Shown here: positions 1-12,563 of the stretch, piece by piece | How positions within the stretch are numbered: the first letter of the stretch is position 1 | Layout: the number at the start of each line of letters is the position of its first letter | Assembly (NCBI RefSeq): GCF_006345805.1 | Contig: NC_043003.1 | Span: 15,314,001 to 15,378,000 of the forward strand | From: Octopus sinensis | Lineage: Eukaryota | Reading direction: 5' to 3' | DNA length: 64,000 nucleotides | The notes under the pieces: model-generated | Databases searched by the model: none | Told to the model about the DNA's origin: nothing | The model's input: the letters and a program-made list of their open reading frames with translations, nothing else | Program-made: the position numbers and the translations under genes

Positions 1-629
<629 letters not shown>

Positions 630-630
<1 letters not shown>

Positions 631-760
631 AATGACAAGGAAATAAGAAATTACATCATGAATTACATTACTTTACAGCTGTTTCGGATATAAGATTCTA
701 TGCACACATAGGTAAATGCTCGTGCATCACCCTATAGCTTCATCGGAAATTCTAACATTT
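630..760 (-). mobile_element. Penelope-like pLTR-type fragment with degenerate minimal hammerhead
   Basis: Minus strand: CCGAUGA ... long stem II ... GAAAC AGCU GU A (palindromic stem III ACAGCUGU). Confidence 0.35.
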
Positions 761-1095
761 ACTGCAATTTTATTTGGAAAAGCGTTTACACATTTTTATA
801 TATTTATATGTCTGTGTGGGCGTGTGTGCATGTCGCCAAGCGAGTATGATGAGATGAAATTGTATTCTTGTACAAGTAGATTCATATGAATGGAATACAA
901 ATATATGTTTATATTTAGGTGTGTCTTCATATGAACATGCATTTGATCGAAAACATATTTTGTTACGCCCCTTCTTTCTTATATGCTTGCTTGTTCATGC
1001 GTTCACATATATATAAATATCTATGTACACCTTTATGGGTATGCATATGTACGCCAATGAGCTTTTATATATGTACGTCTATATATCTATATCTA

Positions 1096-1245
1096 TAGAA
1101 GTAGCTGTGTGGTATGTAGCTTGCTTACCAACCACATTGTTCCGGGTTCAGTCCCACTGTAGGGAACCTTGGGAACCTTCTACTATAGTCTCATGCCGAC
1201 CAAAGCCTTCTGAGTGGATTTGGTAGACGAAAACTGGAAGAGGTC

Positions 1246-1283
<38 letters not shown>

Positions 1284-1284
1284 T

Positions 1285-1327
<43 letters not shown>

Positions 1328-1525
1328 CTGTGTTTCTGCCCCAACATCGCTTGACAACCGATGCTAGTGTGCTTACGTTCCCGTTAGCTAGCGGTTCGGC
1401 AAACAAGACCGATAGAATAAGTACTAGGCTTACAATGAATACGTCTTGGGTTCGATTTGCTCGAGTAAAGGCGGTGATCCAGCATGGCCGCAGTCAAATG
1501 ACTGAAACAATTAAAAAAGAGTAAA
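1096..1525 (+). mobile_element. SINE family A (tRNA-like head, internal (TA)n(TG)n, ...gcagtcaaatgactgaaacaa tail)
   Basis: A-box/B-box-like head (gggttcagtccc); collinear with about 10 other copies in the window. Confidence 0.85.
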
Positions 1526-1570
1526 TAATATTAATGATGATGATGATGATGATGATAATGATGATGATAC

Positions 1571-1680
1571 CAAATGACATTCTTAGACTATGACAAAATA
1601 CCAGGAAACACCAAAAGTTAGAACTATAAAAAATTGTTCGTATGAGTACTGTCCATATCATGAGAAAAACACTGCCAGCC
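1571..1680 (+). mobile_element. Ancient R4/Dong-like LINE 3' relic
   Basis: Broken translation KIPGNTK...IVRMSTVHIMRKTL resembles the C-terminus IPGNPK...IVLMGTAHILRKIL at 39970-40060; follows (GAT)n. Confidence 0.4.
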
Positions 1681-2510
1681 AGAGAATTAGCTATCTCGAA
1701 CTTTTACACTATCAGTTCTTTGTCTCTTTCTATGTATTTGACGCATTAGTGTAAAGAAATTTTATTGTCCCGCTCACCACCCGTTTACCTCTACTTAGCT
1801 TTCTTCTCCCTTGACTTAATGACATCTATAAACACACCCATCTCTATTAGGGTGGCATAGCTATTAATTATTACTTTCAGAGGTCATTTGGCTTTGGTTT
1901 TGTTTTGCTTTTCTTTTATTTTTTCAGCTAGCCACTCGTGCTGTGGCTAGTCTGATAATTCATTTGCTCACCCCCGCGCAACAATGTAAACAACTTATAG
2001 ATGATAGGACCTGAAGATTAGATAAGCTCACTCTATGTATGTTACATGTTATGTAACGAACATTGTTTTAGCTACGAAACGATCGTAGTCCGTGCTTTTA
2101 CCTGTTCCATTTATTACATTCTCGCATTTTGATTAGTATTTTTAACAATTTTAGTCGCTAAACCGCGATTTGTATAGTCACTGTCGGCTTATCGAAATTT
2201 CCTGTGATTTCAATACGGATGAAAATGTTTATAATGTTAATAAATGTTAATAAACTCGTTTTATCGTATATTGTCCACTTTTTGTAAAAGATAAAAGATA
2301 TATATTGTTGTATTTGGGGATGGTCATGTTGCCAATTTAGTCAATGAAAACACGCACCATATATTTGGTGTTCATTTGCTTCAGTTTTATTTTATATTAA
2401 TTGTATTTCGGCCAGAGTTCTTTCGTCACACTTCTGTGACCTCACCAATGTTCCTTTGCTTTCTTCTTTCATTTTAGTGTGTCTCTCCTTACTAACGATC
2501 TGCCATTTAG

Positions 2511-2541
<31 letters not shown>

Positions 2542-3098
2542 TTCAAATTTATAGAAGAACAAAGACGAAGACTGGTGTAGGAACAACGAGTAAGTGTACA
2601 AGTAAGCTGCGTACATACTTAAAGCTTACTAATTTCCTACACTTGGGTTTTGGGATCGTCCTTACCTATCACTGTCTTGGCTTAACAGCCATCACCGTTT
2701 GTTTTTACTGTTTTGTTCTCACTGTCCTGTTCTTGTTACCACTTTCACCCTCCGCAAAAAATCCCAAATTTTATTTAATTTGCTTTGCGTGAAGGACTGT
2801 TTCAACGAAGTCGCGTATTGTCCTTGCCTTCGTACGCGGAGAAGACGAAACAGGGACAACTGATGAAGGGGAATATTCTTTATGTTGCATGTCTCGTTTC
2901 TCTCTTTGCATTTTTCGTTGTTCGAAAAAAAGTTCATTTACTGTGTTTTTGTTTTTATGTTTTCGTTTCTCATAGTGTTCAACGTTTTTTTATGTCCTGT
3001 ACCCATATATGCATGTATATATACATATATATGTAGGTATGTACATTTATGTATGTATATATGCATATATTTATATTTTATATATGTATATACATATA

Positions 3099-3196
<98 letters not shown>

Positions 3197-3590
3197 GATA
3201 TACACATAGAGTAATACAGGTAACTCAGAATCTTTTACAATCCCCCTTCTGATGAATCATGTGTTCGGAATAATATCTACCCCCACAAACCTACCATTGA
3301 ACACGAGTCTTCATCCCTCTATACGCAGATGAGTACACAAACAAAATTAAAGGACGTTGGCTGAAACGAAAACGGTGCAGAAGGGAACTAACTTATGTTG
3401 TCCATCAACTCAATACAAGAGTAGGACACGAGCATAAAATCTAAGTGAATTATGAGAAAATAGTGAGTTTCTCTTTAGTTTTCAGATATACTGTGGACAG
3501 TATATGTGAAAAAATATTGCAAAACGTCAACGAGACTACAATGGAAAGACACAAATATTGTAGTGCACCTGAGCACTGTATACAATAATT

Positions 3591-3669
<79 letters not shown>

Positions 3670-3954
3670 CTGTATTCTAGTAACCTGCTATATAGAAACA
3701 CAATGGTTTGATAAAAAAAGTCTTTCTTAAGAGACATACAAAAGATTCAATATTTAGACATGCTATTAACGAAGCTCCACAAGTGCAGAAAGAAGACACC
3801 CACGTACTCAATACAAAGAGTGAATAGAGCCTTCACCATTACCCACCAGCACACAACCAGTAAGGTCATCTAAGCACATTCACTCATATAGGTTCTTATG
3901 TTGGCAACAACAATGGGAAGCAAAATATACAAACAAAGCATTAAAACTATAAGC

Positions 3955-4167
3955 GTATCACCTGCTCCGTGCTGACGTATATACCCCCTCTACTCGGACG
4001 GGATACTGGTCTGCCACAGGATTACTCATTTTTGCCATCTGACTGGGCTGGAACAATTTGAAATGAAGTGTTTTGCTCAAGAACGCAACGTATTGCCTGG
4101 TCCAGGAATCGAAACCACAATCTTACAATCATGTGCGTATCACCCAAATCACTAATCTACACGCCTG
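3955..4167 (-). mobile_element. SINE family D-like (tRNA head plus CORE-like gttcttgagcaaaacac domain)
   Basis: B-box ggtttcgattcc; body similar to 9742-10072. Confidence 0.6.
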
Positions 4168-4295
4168 TACGGTGATTTTAATACTTATAAAGTAACTGGC
4201 TCAGTTATAAAATCAGAGATCCTGCTGTAATCCACAGTGAACTTCTCTACTCATTATCCAGAGCCTGTCAAGCAATTGTGTCACTTTATGATTAA

Positions 4296-4669
4296 CTAGC
4301 AGTATCGCCCGGCGTTGCTCGGGTTTGTTTCGACCCTTTAGAATTGGAATTTTTGAAAAGTAAAAATTTTGCATTATGTAGCTTGTTATTCTCTTTAAGT
4401 GAACATTTTTCTGGTTGAAATACACCGAAAACTGGCGACACAGCAGTCAAAAAATCGTAAAATAGAAAAAAAAGTACCTTTTTGATGTAAATAATTTTTG
4501 GTTTTAACATGGTCCGATTTGAATTTTTTTCTTCTACGGAATGAAGAGCAAGCCTTCTATCACACTCTCAATTTTGGTCAACTTGCGCCACAGGGTCTCG
4601 GAGGAGATAGTGTTAGTTGAAGACTACCAAACCTACTATACACAGACTTCAGCTTTATATATACAGAGA
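4296..4669 (-). mobile_element. Non-autonomous Helitron (374 bp)
   Basis: Minus strand begins TC; ends with hairpin CCCGAGCAACGCCGGG, then gcgatactg, then CTAG; inserted between host A and T with no TSD. Confidence 0.85.
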
Positions 4670-5160
4670 TTGCGATTGCTTACATAAGTATAAAATGCCA
4701 AATTTATAGGTGAAAGTAAATGAGATTAAGTGATGTTCATGCTTTTCCAAAATCAAAAATGGTTTCACTGAGATATTAAGGATGTTTATTAAACTCTGGC
4801 GGGAGTGAAAAATCATTTCAACTAAGAAAAACGAGTCGTTGAACTTCAGACGATCAAAAAGGAACTGAAAATTATTTGAGAATAATCCCTGGCTTAACAT
4901 CAATGCAAGAAGTACAGAAGATTGTTTTAACAGGTACGTCACATGTGTTGAGAAGAAAATTGTTGCTGTGAATTTTTCTCTCCTTTCCCAATTTTTCTTT
5001 GTTTTCTGTTTTTACCTTTTTTTTTCTGTTTTGGTTTTTCTTTTTTTATTCTTTCTTTCTAAATGGCATACTAATGTAGTTTCTTTGCCTTAGGTGTCGG
5101 AAGACACCCGGCAGGATATGGAAATAAAATTGAAATGATAATAATAATAATAATAATAAT

Positions 5161-5373
5161 CTTTTCTACTAAAGGTACAAGGCCTGAAATTTTGTTGGGG
5201 TGGGACTAGTCGATCACATCAACCTCAGTTTTCAACTAATACGTATTTTATCGACCCTGAAAGAAGAAAAGCAAAGTCGACCTCGGCGGAATTTGAACTC
5301 AGAACGTAAAGACGGACGGAATGTCGCTAAACTTTTTGCCCGGAGTACTAATGATTCTGCCAGTACGCCACTT
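5161..5373 (-). mobile_element. SINE family B, tail variant B2 (...aatttcaggccttgtacc...agtagaaaag plus (ATT)n)
   Basis: Shared B-box gagttcaaattccgccgaggtcgac and body ctttcatcctttcggggtcgat. Confidence 0.8.
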
Positions 5374-5430
5374 TAATAAATAATAATAGTAATAATAATA
5401 ATAACAACAATAATAATAATGATAATAATA

Positions 5431-5884
5431 AGCTGGCGCTTGTGTGCAAGAACGAAAGCAGCAAAAAATCACATTCTGTTTGCAAATTCGCAAGGGAACT
5501 TGGCGTCAACCCTGAAATAGATAAAGAACCTGAAACCACTGCCACAAAACGGGCAAAACGGTTCAAACTAACTGCAAAAAAGACGGGCAGAAACAAATTG
5601 AAAAGCGGTTGACCCAGAAGCCTCTGCATGGATAGTGTATACTTCGAAGTCGAAATGCTGACGTAGACCAAGTAACAACACACCAGTGGCTGAGAAGTTC
5701 AGAACTGAAAGCAGAGACTGAAGGTTTCATATCAGCGGCACAAAATCAAAGTTTGCTTACCAAAATCTACTAGGCTAACGTTCTTCAAAACAGTTCTGAC
5801 CCTAAATGCGGATTCTGCGACACATTTGACAAAGCAATTGACCATCTCGTCTCAAGATGCCCTGTACTGACACCAAACAAATAC
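5431..5884 (+). mobile_element. R4/Dong-like LINE fragment (third family; pre-zinc-knuckle and CCHC region)
   Basis: Translation QKPLHG...HQWLRSSELKAETEGFISAAQNQSL...KCGFCDTFDKAIDHLVSRCPVL, with stops; starts directly after (AAT)n. Confidence 0.75.
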
Positions 5885-6030
5885 CCCAGTATGCAACTGG
5901 TACTTATTTAATCGAACCCGAGAGAATGAAAGGCAAAGTCGACCTCGGCGGAATTTGAACTCAGAACGTAGCGGCAGACGAAATACCGCTAAACATTTCG
6001 CCCGGCGTCCTAATATTTCGCTCGCCGCCC
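5883..6030 (-). mobile_element. SINE family B (3'-truncated)
   Basis: Head ggcggcgagc...gagttcaaattccgccgagg. Confidence 0.8.
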
Positions 6031-6049
6031 TAATATAATAATAGTAATA

Positions 6050-6099
<50 letters not shown>

Positions 6100-6460
6100 A
6101 TAAATTGTTCGCTGGAGATCGTGTGAGAAGTGCAGTCTTGAAAGAAGATAGAAATGGTACGAACATAAATCAGGAGTTACTGAGAATAATGAATATTGCT
6201 ATACCTGAGGCGTGGGTAAGAAAGAATTGGAAAAGATGGAGAAATACAAGTTACTAAAAGATGAAATTGCAAGAATGTGGGCAATGGAAAGAGTAGATGT
6301 CATTTCAGTAGTTGTAGCGACACTGGGAACACAAAGAACCAAGTTTGAGAAATATGTAAAAGACAATGGAATTGATATGAGGGTCGACCATGCTAAATAA
6401 AACTTCTCTATTGCGGACAGCAATGATTTTGAGATTGGTTCTTGGGTGTTGAGTATCGAG
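6100..6460 (+). mobile_element. R4/Dong-like LINE RLE C-terminal fragment (divergent family)
   Basis: KWYEH...EN and KKELEKMEKYKLLKDEIARMW...VISVVVATLG, homologous to the RLE end of the other Dong copies. Confidence 0.7.
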
Positions 6461-6509
6461 GAAAAAGACTCTGTGAGACATTTGCCAACAGGTTGCTGTC
6501 CGTTCTTGT

Positions 6510-6887
6510 GGAGGCGCAATGGCCCAGTGGTTAGGGCAGCGGACTCGCGGTCATAGGATCGCGGTTTCGATTCCCAGACCGGGCGTTGTGAGTGTTTATT
6601 GAGCGAAAACACCTAAAGCTCCACGATGCTCCGGCAGGGGATGGTGGTGATCCCTGCTGTACTCTTTCACCACAACTTTCTCTCACTCTTTCTTCCTGTT
6701 TCTGTTGTACCTGTATTTCAAAGGGCCGGCCTTGTCACTCTCTGTGTCACGCTGAATATCCCCGAGAACTACGTTAAGGGTGCACGTGTCTGTGGAGTGC
6801 TCAGCCACTTGCACGTTAATTTCACGAGCAGGCTGTTCCGTTGATTCGGATCAACCGGAACCCTCGTCGTTGTAACCGACGGAGTGC
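6510..6887 (+). mobile_element. SINE family C1, full length with TSD
   Basis: tRNA head ggaggcgcaatggcccagtggttagg...ggtttcgattccc; direct repeat gctgtccgttctt at 6495-6507 and 6886-6898. Confidence 0.9.
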
Positions 6888-6964
6888 TGTCCGTTCTTAC
6901 AGAATTAATCAGAGCAAGTAAGATGAAGAATTCTGAGAAATGAAATTCAAATAACAACAGCGGT

Positions 6965-7150
6965 GGAGACGCAATGGCCCAGTGGTTAGGGCACCGGACT
7001 CGCGGTCGTAAGAACGCGGGTTCGATTCCCAGACCGGACATTGTGAGTGTTTATTGAGCAAAAGCACCTAAGCTCCACGAGGCTCCGGCGGGGTGGGTGG
7101 GTGATGAACTGTACTCTTTCACCACAATTTTCTCTCACTCTTTCTTCCTA
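6965..7150 (+). mobile_element. SINE family C, 3'-truncated
   Basis: Same head and body as 6510-6700. Confidence 0.8.
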
Positions 7151-7440
7151 CTTCTGCCACAAAGCAGAGGAACCATGGTGTAACCCACTATGGTGTGGTA
7201 AACTTTCAGACCCTAGTCTAGATTGCAAATCCTCTGTACCCCCAGGATCGTTCAGCTCTCCACCCGTTAAAAGCCACCGTTTACGGAATGAGGATAACAA
7301 CGTAGTTTTAGCGCCCGTGTACCCGACAGTCTATCGCGTGTGGTGGGTGGATCTTCAAGTTGCCACACGCATTCCTAGCAGCTTAGAGTCGGCTCGAATT
7401 AGAGATTATTCTTTGCGGCTAATGGCGTGAGTCCTGATTG
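7151..7440 (+). other. Unassigned GC-richer segment with an HDV-like ribozyme candidate
   Basis: Partial nested double-pseudoknot pattern (see findings). Confidence 0.25.
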
Positions 7441-7483
7441 GAAGAAGAAGAAGAAGAAGAAGAAGAAGAAGAAGAAGAAGAAG

Positions 7484-7633
7484 AAGACAGCAATAAGGAC
7501 AGGCAAGATTACCAGCAGGGTTTTAAGCGCTTGAAAGATTATTGAAAGCTTGTGTGTACCTAAGGTTACAGGCAGTAACCCGCTACCCACATAAATTCTA
7601 CCAGGAATATGAACGAACTTGAGTGAAATCACC
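7484..7633 (+). mobile_element. Probable 3' end of another R4/Dong-like LINE
   Basis: KTAIRTGKITSRVLSA* resembles the Dong C-terminus; the 3' UTR ends atcacc followed by AATAAT. Confidence 0.45.
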
Positions 7634-7644
7634 AATAATAATAA

Positions 7645-7806
7645 TCCTTTCGCCTTTAGGTACAGGGCCTGAAATTTATCTATTTTTTTTAGGGATCTAG
7701 TCGATTACATCAACTCCAGTGCTCAACTAGTACTTATTTTATCGACCCCGAAAGGATGAAAGGCAAAGTTGACCGCGGCGGAATTTGAACTGAGAACGTA
7801 AAAAGT
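7645..7806 (-). mobile_element. SINE family B2 (5'-truncated)
   Basis: Body and tail match 5161-5373. Confidence 0.75.
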
Positions 7807-8234
7807 CAACAACGCTAACAACAACAGCAACAAAAACAATGTCAATAATAGTAGTAATACTACTATAAATAAAGGTTACACAAATAATAGTAATAGAATT
7901 AAAAGTTGTTAAAGTATGACTCGGAAATTAGTTTGGTGTGTGAGCTTACATATTTCAAAACAAAAACAGAATGTATATAATTATGTGAGAAAATTCTAAA
8001 GGTCAACTAGGCTATTTTTAAAATTGAAAATGAACTGTCTGGCTCATATTTAAAAATAAAAAGAAGTAAAACAAGCGAAAAATAGCGAAAATAAGAATCG
8101 TCGATAAAACAAAAAAATATCTAATTACTGACAATTCCTGTTTTCTTGGAGCGAATTTATCTTTCGCGGTCAATATCCATCGCTGTACGCCCACTTCCAA
8201 CTTATAAAACAAATACATCGCGTAAAAACTATAT

Positions 8235-8802
8235 CTATTTCTTCATCGCTCACAGGGAGTTAAACATAGAAGGGACAAACAAGGACAGACAAAAGGATTA
8301 AGTCGATTATATCGACCCCAGTGCATAACTGGTACTTAATTTATCGACCCCCGAAAGGATGAACTCAGAACGCAACGGCAGACGAAATACCTATTTCTTT
8401 ATTACCCACAAGGGGCTAAACATAGAGGGGACAAACAAGGACAGACAAACCTATTAAGTCGATTATATCGACTCCAGTGCGTAACTGGTACTTATTTAAT
8501 CGAGATGAAAGGCAAAGTCGACCTCGGCGGAATTTGAACTCAGAACGTAGCGGCAGATGAAATACCTATTTCTCTACTACCCACAAGGGGCTAAACACAG
8601 AGAGGACAAACAAGGACAGACAAACGGATTAAGTCGATTACATCGACCCCAGTGCGTAACTGGTACTTATTTAATCGACCCCCAAAGGATGAAAAGCAAA
8701 GTCAACCTTGGCAGAATTTGAACTCACAATGTAGCGGCAGACGAAATACCGCTAAGCATTTCGCCCGGCGTGCTAACGTTTCTGCCAGCTCGCCGCCTTT
8801 AC
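8235..8802 (-). mobile_element. SINE-B1 head-to-tail trimer
   Basis: Three units joined at gaaatac|ctatttc (8390/8391 and 8565/8566). Confidence 0.85.
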
Positions 8803-9129
8803 GCAGACGAAATACCGCTAAGCATTTCGCCCGGCGTGCTAACGATTCTGCCAGCTCGCCGCCTTTACGCAGACGAAATACCGCTAAGCATTTCGCCCGG
8901 CGTGCTAACGATTCTGCCAGCTCGCCGCCTTTACGCAGACGAAATACCGCTAAGCATTTCGCCCGGCGTGCTAACGTTTCTGCCAGCTCGCCGCCTTTAC
9001 GCAGACGAAATACCGCTAAGCATTTCGCCCGGCGTGCTAACGTTTCTGCCAGCTCGCCGCCTTTACGCAGACGAAATACCGCTAAGCATTTCGCCCGGCG
9101 TGCTAACGATTCTGCCAGCTCGCCGCCTT
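8737..9129 (-). repeat. 6 x 66-bp minisatellite made of the SINE-B 5' head
   Basis: Units start at 8737, 8803, 8869, 8935, 9001, 9067; one variable base in the pattern T,A,A,T,T,A. Confidence 0.95.
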
Positions 9130-9254
9130 GCTATAGTAGAAAGAATATTTATCCCTGGTTTTGTTGTCTCATATTATTTAGCACTCTCTCGCGCGCACAC
9201 GCACGCACGCACACACACCTACATGCATACAAGTATGTATACATATTCCGTTAT

Positions 9255-9475
9255 TCTTTTTTCTTTTACTCGTTTCAGTCATTTTGACAGCGGCCATGCT
9301 GGAGCACCACCTTTTAGTCGAGGAAATCGACCCCAGGACTTATTCTTTGTAAGCCTGGCTCTTATTCTATCGGTCACTTTCGTCGAACCGCTAAGTTACG
9401 GGGACGTAAACAGAACAACATCGGTTGTCAAGCGATGGAGATGGTGGTGGTGGGAAAACAAAGACTCACACGTAA

Positions 9476-9553
<78 letters not shown>

Positions 9554-9711
9554 ATACATACACACACGCGATAGGCTTCTTTCAGTTTCCATCTACCAAA
9601 TCCACTCATAAGGCTTTGGTCGGCACTTGTCCAAGTTGCCACGCAGTGGGACTGAAACTAGAATCATATGGTTGGGAAGCAAGATACTTACCACACCGCC
9701 ACGCCTGCGCT
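9255..9711 (-). mobile_element. SINE family A
   Basis: Collinear with other A copies; internal (CATA)/(TA) tract. Confidence 0.8.
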
Positions 9712-9741
9712 TATTATGTGTGTGTGTGTGTGTGTGTGTCT

Positions 9742-10072
9742 GTGAAGGCACATGGTGTAGAGCATCAAGCTTACGATTTTGAGGTTGTGAGTTCGAATCC
9801 CGGACCGGGCTGCATGTTGTGTCTTGAGCAAGACACTTTACTTCACGTTGCTCCAGTTCACTCACCTGTAGAAATGAGTTGCGACATCACTGGTGCCAAG
9901 CTGTATCGGTCCCTTTGCTTTTCCTTTGTATAACATCAGTGTGTGTGGAGAGGAGAGGCTGGTATGCATGGGCGACTGCTGGTCTTTCATAAACAAACTT
10001 GCCCAGGCTTGTGCCTCGGAGGGTAACTTTCTTGGTGCAATCCTATGGTCAGTCATGACCGAAGGGGGTCTC
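9742..10072 (+). mobile_element. SINE family D, near full length
   Basis: Head gtgaaggcacatgg...gagttcgaatccc; CORE-like tcttgagcaagacacttta; tail ...catgaccgaagggggtc. Confidence 0.8.
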
Positions 10073-10075
10073 AGC

Positions 10076-10125
<50 letters not shown>

Positions 10126-10217
10126 TATTTTTATAGATGTGCATGTGTAAAAGCATGTATGTAATAGAATTGCTTGGACACATTCATATATTCAGGTTAT
10201 TTATATATATATATATA

Positions 10218-10325
10218 TGGCTCGAAACGTAAGACTTTTTCACTTTTCCCGTGCGTCAAACAAATACCCTCGCTTGTTGTTTACACACCTGTCTTCATCT
10301 TTTGTTTTTCTATAAATTTCAACTA
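10218..10325 (+). mobile_element. Penelope-like pLTR-type tail fragment
   Basis: gctcGAAACGUA (3' half of a hammerhead) then a tail shared with 19288-19400 and 2541-2600. Confidence 0.45.
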
Positions 10326-10692
10326 ATATATGTGTGTATGTATGTGTGTGTATGCGTGTTGTGTTTGTGTGCGGAATGTGGGTGATTGTGCACGCGTGTG
10401 TGCATACGCATGTGTGTGTGTGTGAATATGGATGAATGCGTGAGACGGTGACTTTCATTTAACACGTATGTTTGCGGTCATTAATGGAGAATGCGGTGAG
10501 AAAAAAATACAGACGCTAATGCCGAGGAAACCTGTGTTTTCGTTCCCCGGTGATCTTCACTGCATGCTTTATTTCTCACTCGGTTGTGACATGGTGAGAA
10601 TTTCACAGCCAAAAATTTACTCTTTTTGTGTAAGGATTCTTTCTTTGCTGTTTAAACCTTGACCTTATCTTCGTTTTATTTCTTCTGAAGTT

Positions 10693-11415
10693 ATACATAC
10701 ATACATACATACATACATACATACATACATACATACATACATACATACATACATACATACATACATGCATACATACATGCATGCATGCATGCATACATAC
10801 ATATAGTCATACGTGCATTCATACATACATATAGTCATACGTGCATTCATACGTACATATATTCATACATACATACACACATACATACATACATACATAT
10901 ATTCATACATATACACATACATACATACATACATATATTCATACATACACACATACATACATACATATATTCATACATACATATATTCATACGTGCATGC
11001 ATACATACATACATACATATATTCATACATACATACATACATATATTCATACATATATATATTCAAACGTGCATGCATACATACATACATGCATACATAC
11101 ATTCATGCATGTATGCATACATACATACATACGTACATGCATGCATACATACATACATACTACATACATGCATGCATGCATACATACATACATACATGCA
11201 TACATACATTCATGCATGTATGCATACATACATACATACGTACATGCATGCATACATACATACATACATACATACATGCATGCATGCATACATACATAAT
11301 ACATACATACATACATGCATGCATGCATACATACATACATACATGCATGCATGCATGCATACATACATACATACATACATACATACATACATACATACAT
11401 GCATGCATGCATGCA

Positions 11416-11448
<33 letters not shown>

Positions 11449-11985
11449 TCATACATACATATATTCATACATACATATATTCAAACGTGCATATAAACAT
11501 ATATTCATACATACATGCACACATACATACATATATTCATACATACATATATTCCTACGTGCATACATACATATATTCATACATACATACGTGCATACAT
11601 ACATACATTCATACGCGCATACATGCATATGTGCATACATACATTCATACATAAATAAGTGCATAATAATTACATACATGCATAATACATACCTAGTGCA
11701 TACATACATAGATACACACATGCCATACATATGTTCATACATACATACATGCATACATGCATACGTGCATACATACATTCGTGAATACGTACATACATAC
11801 ATATATGCATACATGCGTGCATACATACATAGATACACACATGCCATACATATGTTCATACATACATGCATGCATACATACGTGCATACATACATAGTCT
11901 ATACATATATTCATACATACATGCATACGTGCGTACATAAATACGTGCATACATATATGCATACATATACACACTCGTATATATA
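10693..11985. repeat. Complex (CATA)n/(CATG)n tetranucleotide satellite, ~1.3 kb
   Basis: Direct reading; HTYI/MYVC ORFs are artefacts. Confidence 0.95.
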
Positions 11986-11994
11986 AATGAACTG

Positions 11995-12072
11995 CAGCGG
12001 CTGGAAATCGAACTTATGACCTTACGACCATGAGCCTAAAATACCCCTAAATACCAAGCCACGCGCCTTCAC
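11995..12072 (-). mobile_element. SINE-D-like tRNA head only
   Basis: Minus strand gtgaaggcgcgtggc...aagttcgatttcc. Confidence 0.55.
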
Positions 12073-12087
12073 ATAGGTACATACGGC

Positions 12088-12270
12088 AGTGGGTGGTTGT
12101 GATCCCTGCTGTACTCTTTCGCCACAACTTTCTCTCACTCTTTCTTCTGTTGACCTGCTCGCTTAGCCAGCGGGGTGGCGTCATTTGAAGGCTAAAACGA
12201 TGTGAAACGCATTGTGACCAGCGATGTGTAGCAACATCAGATAGCCTGGTCGGTCACATGATCACGTGAT
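12088..12270 (+). mobile_element. SINE family C2 (5'-truncated; CACGTG tail)
   Basis: C body gatccctgctgtactcttt plus the tail shared with 16583-16740. Confidence 0.75.
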
Positions 12271-12324
12271 ATATATGTATATATATATATATATCTATAT
12301 ATATATATATATAACGTAAAACTA

Positions 12325-12500
12325 AAAAAACCCCCAACAATATGAGGACGTGGTACATGTAATGTATTAGCAGACGTTCAGCGAAGGAAAGAAAGATGGT
12401 TTAATGTTTCGAGCAAAGCTCTTCTTCAGAAACAGAGGAAAGTCCAATAGAAAGGAAGACGGAGGAAAATCACCAACGATTCACATGTGGTTACATTTTG
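12325..12500 (-). mobile_element. Penelope-like pLTR-type short repeat
   Basis: Homologous to 52700-52895; contains a hammerhead core. Confidence 0.55.
12398..12433 (-). ncRNA. Minimal type I hammerhead ribozyme motif (possibly inactivated)
   Basis: GUUU-CUGAAGA-A-GAGC uuu GCUC-GAAAC-AU-U-AAAC; stem III reads ACAU instead of the palindromic ACGU of sister copies. Confidence 0.5.
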
Positions 12501-12528
12501 AAATATATAAGTGAGCGCGCGCGACTGC

Positions 12529-12559
<31 letters not shown>

Positions 12560-12563
<4 letters not shown>

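Noticed and set aside
2840-2900. GAAAC...CUGAUGA at 2855-2870 as a hammerhead
   Set aside because: Only 8 nt separate the motifs and no GAAA follows the putative stem II; the topology cannot be built
6510-6590. tRNA genes in SINE heads (also 16820-16893, 9742-9810, 34136-34210)
   Set aside because: They have A/B boxes but no complete cloverleaf or acceptor stem, and they continue into SINE bodies
8737-9129. 66-bp tandem repeat as a CRISPR array, or the 211/387-aa ORFs (8652-9287, 8770-9933) as repeat proteins
   Set aside because: No spacers, and the unit is the SINE-B head; the ORFs are chance read-through of a 66-bp (multiple of 3) repeat plus SINE sequence
10665-11986. HTYI/MYVC ORFs up to 289 aa, and all YIYI, IYLS, NNN and III ORFs elsewhere
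   Set aside because: Translations of microsatellites
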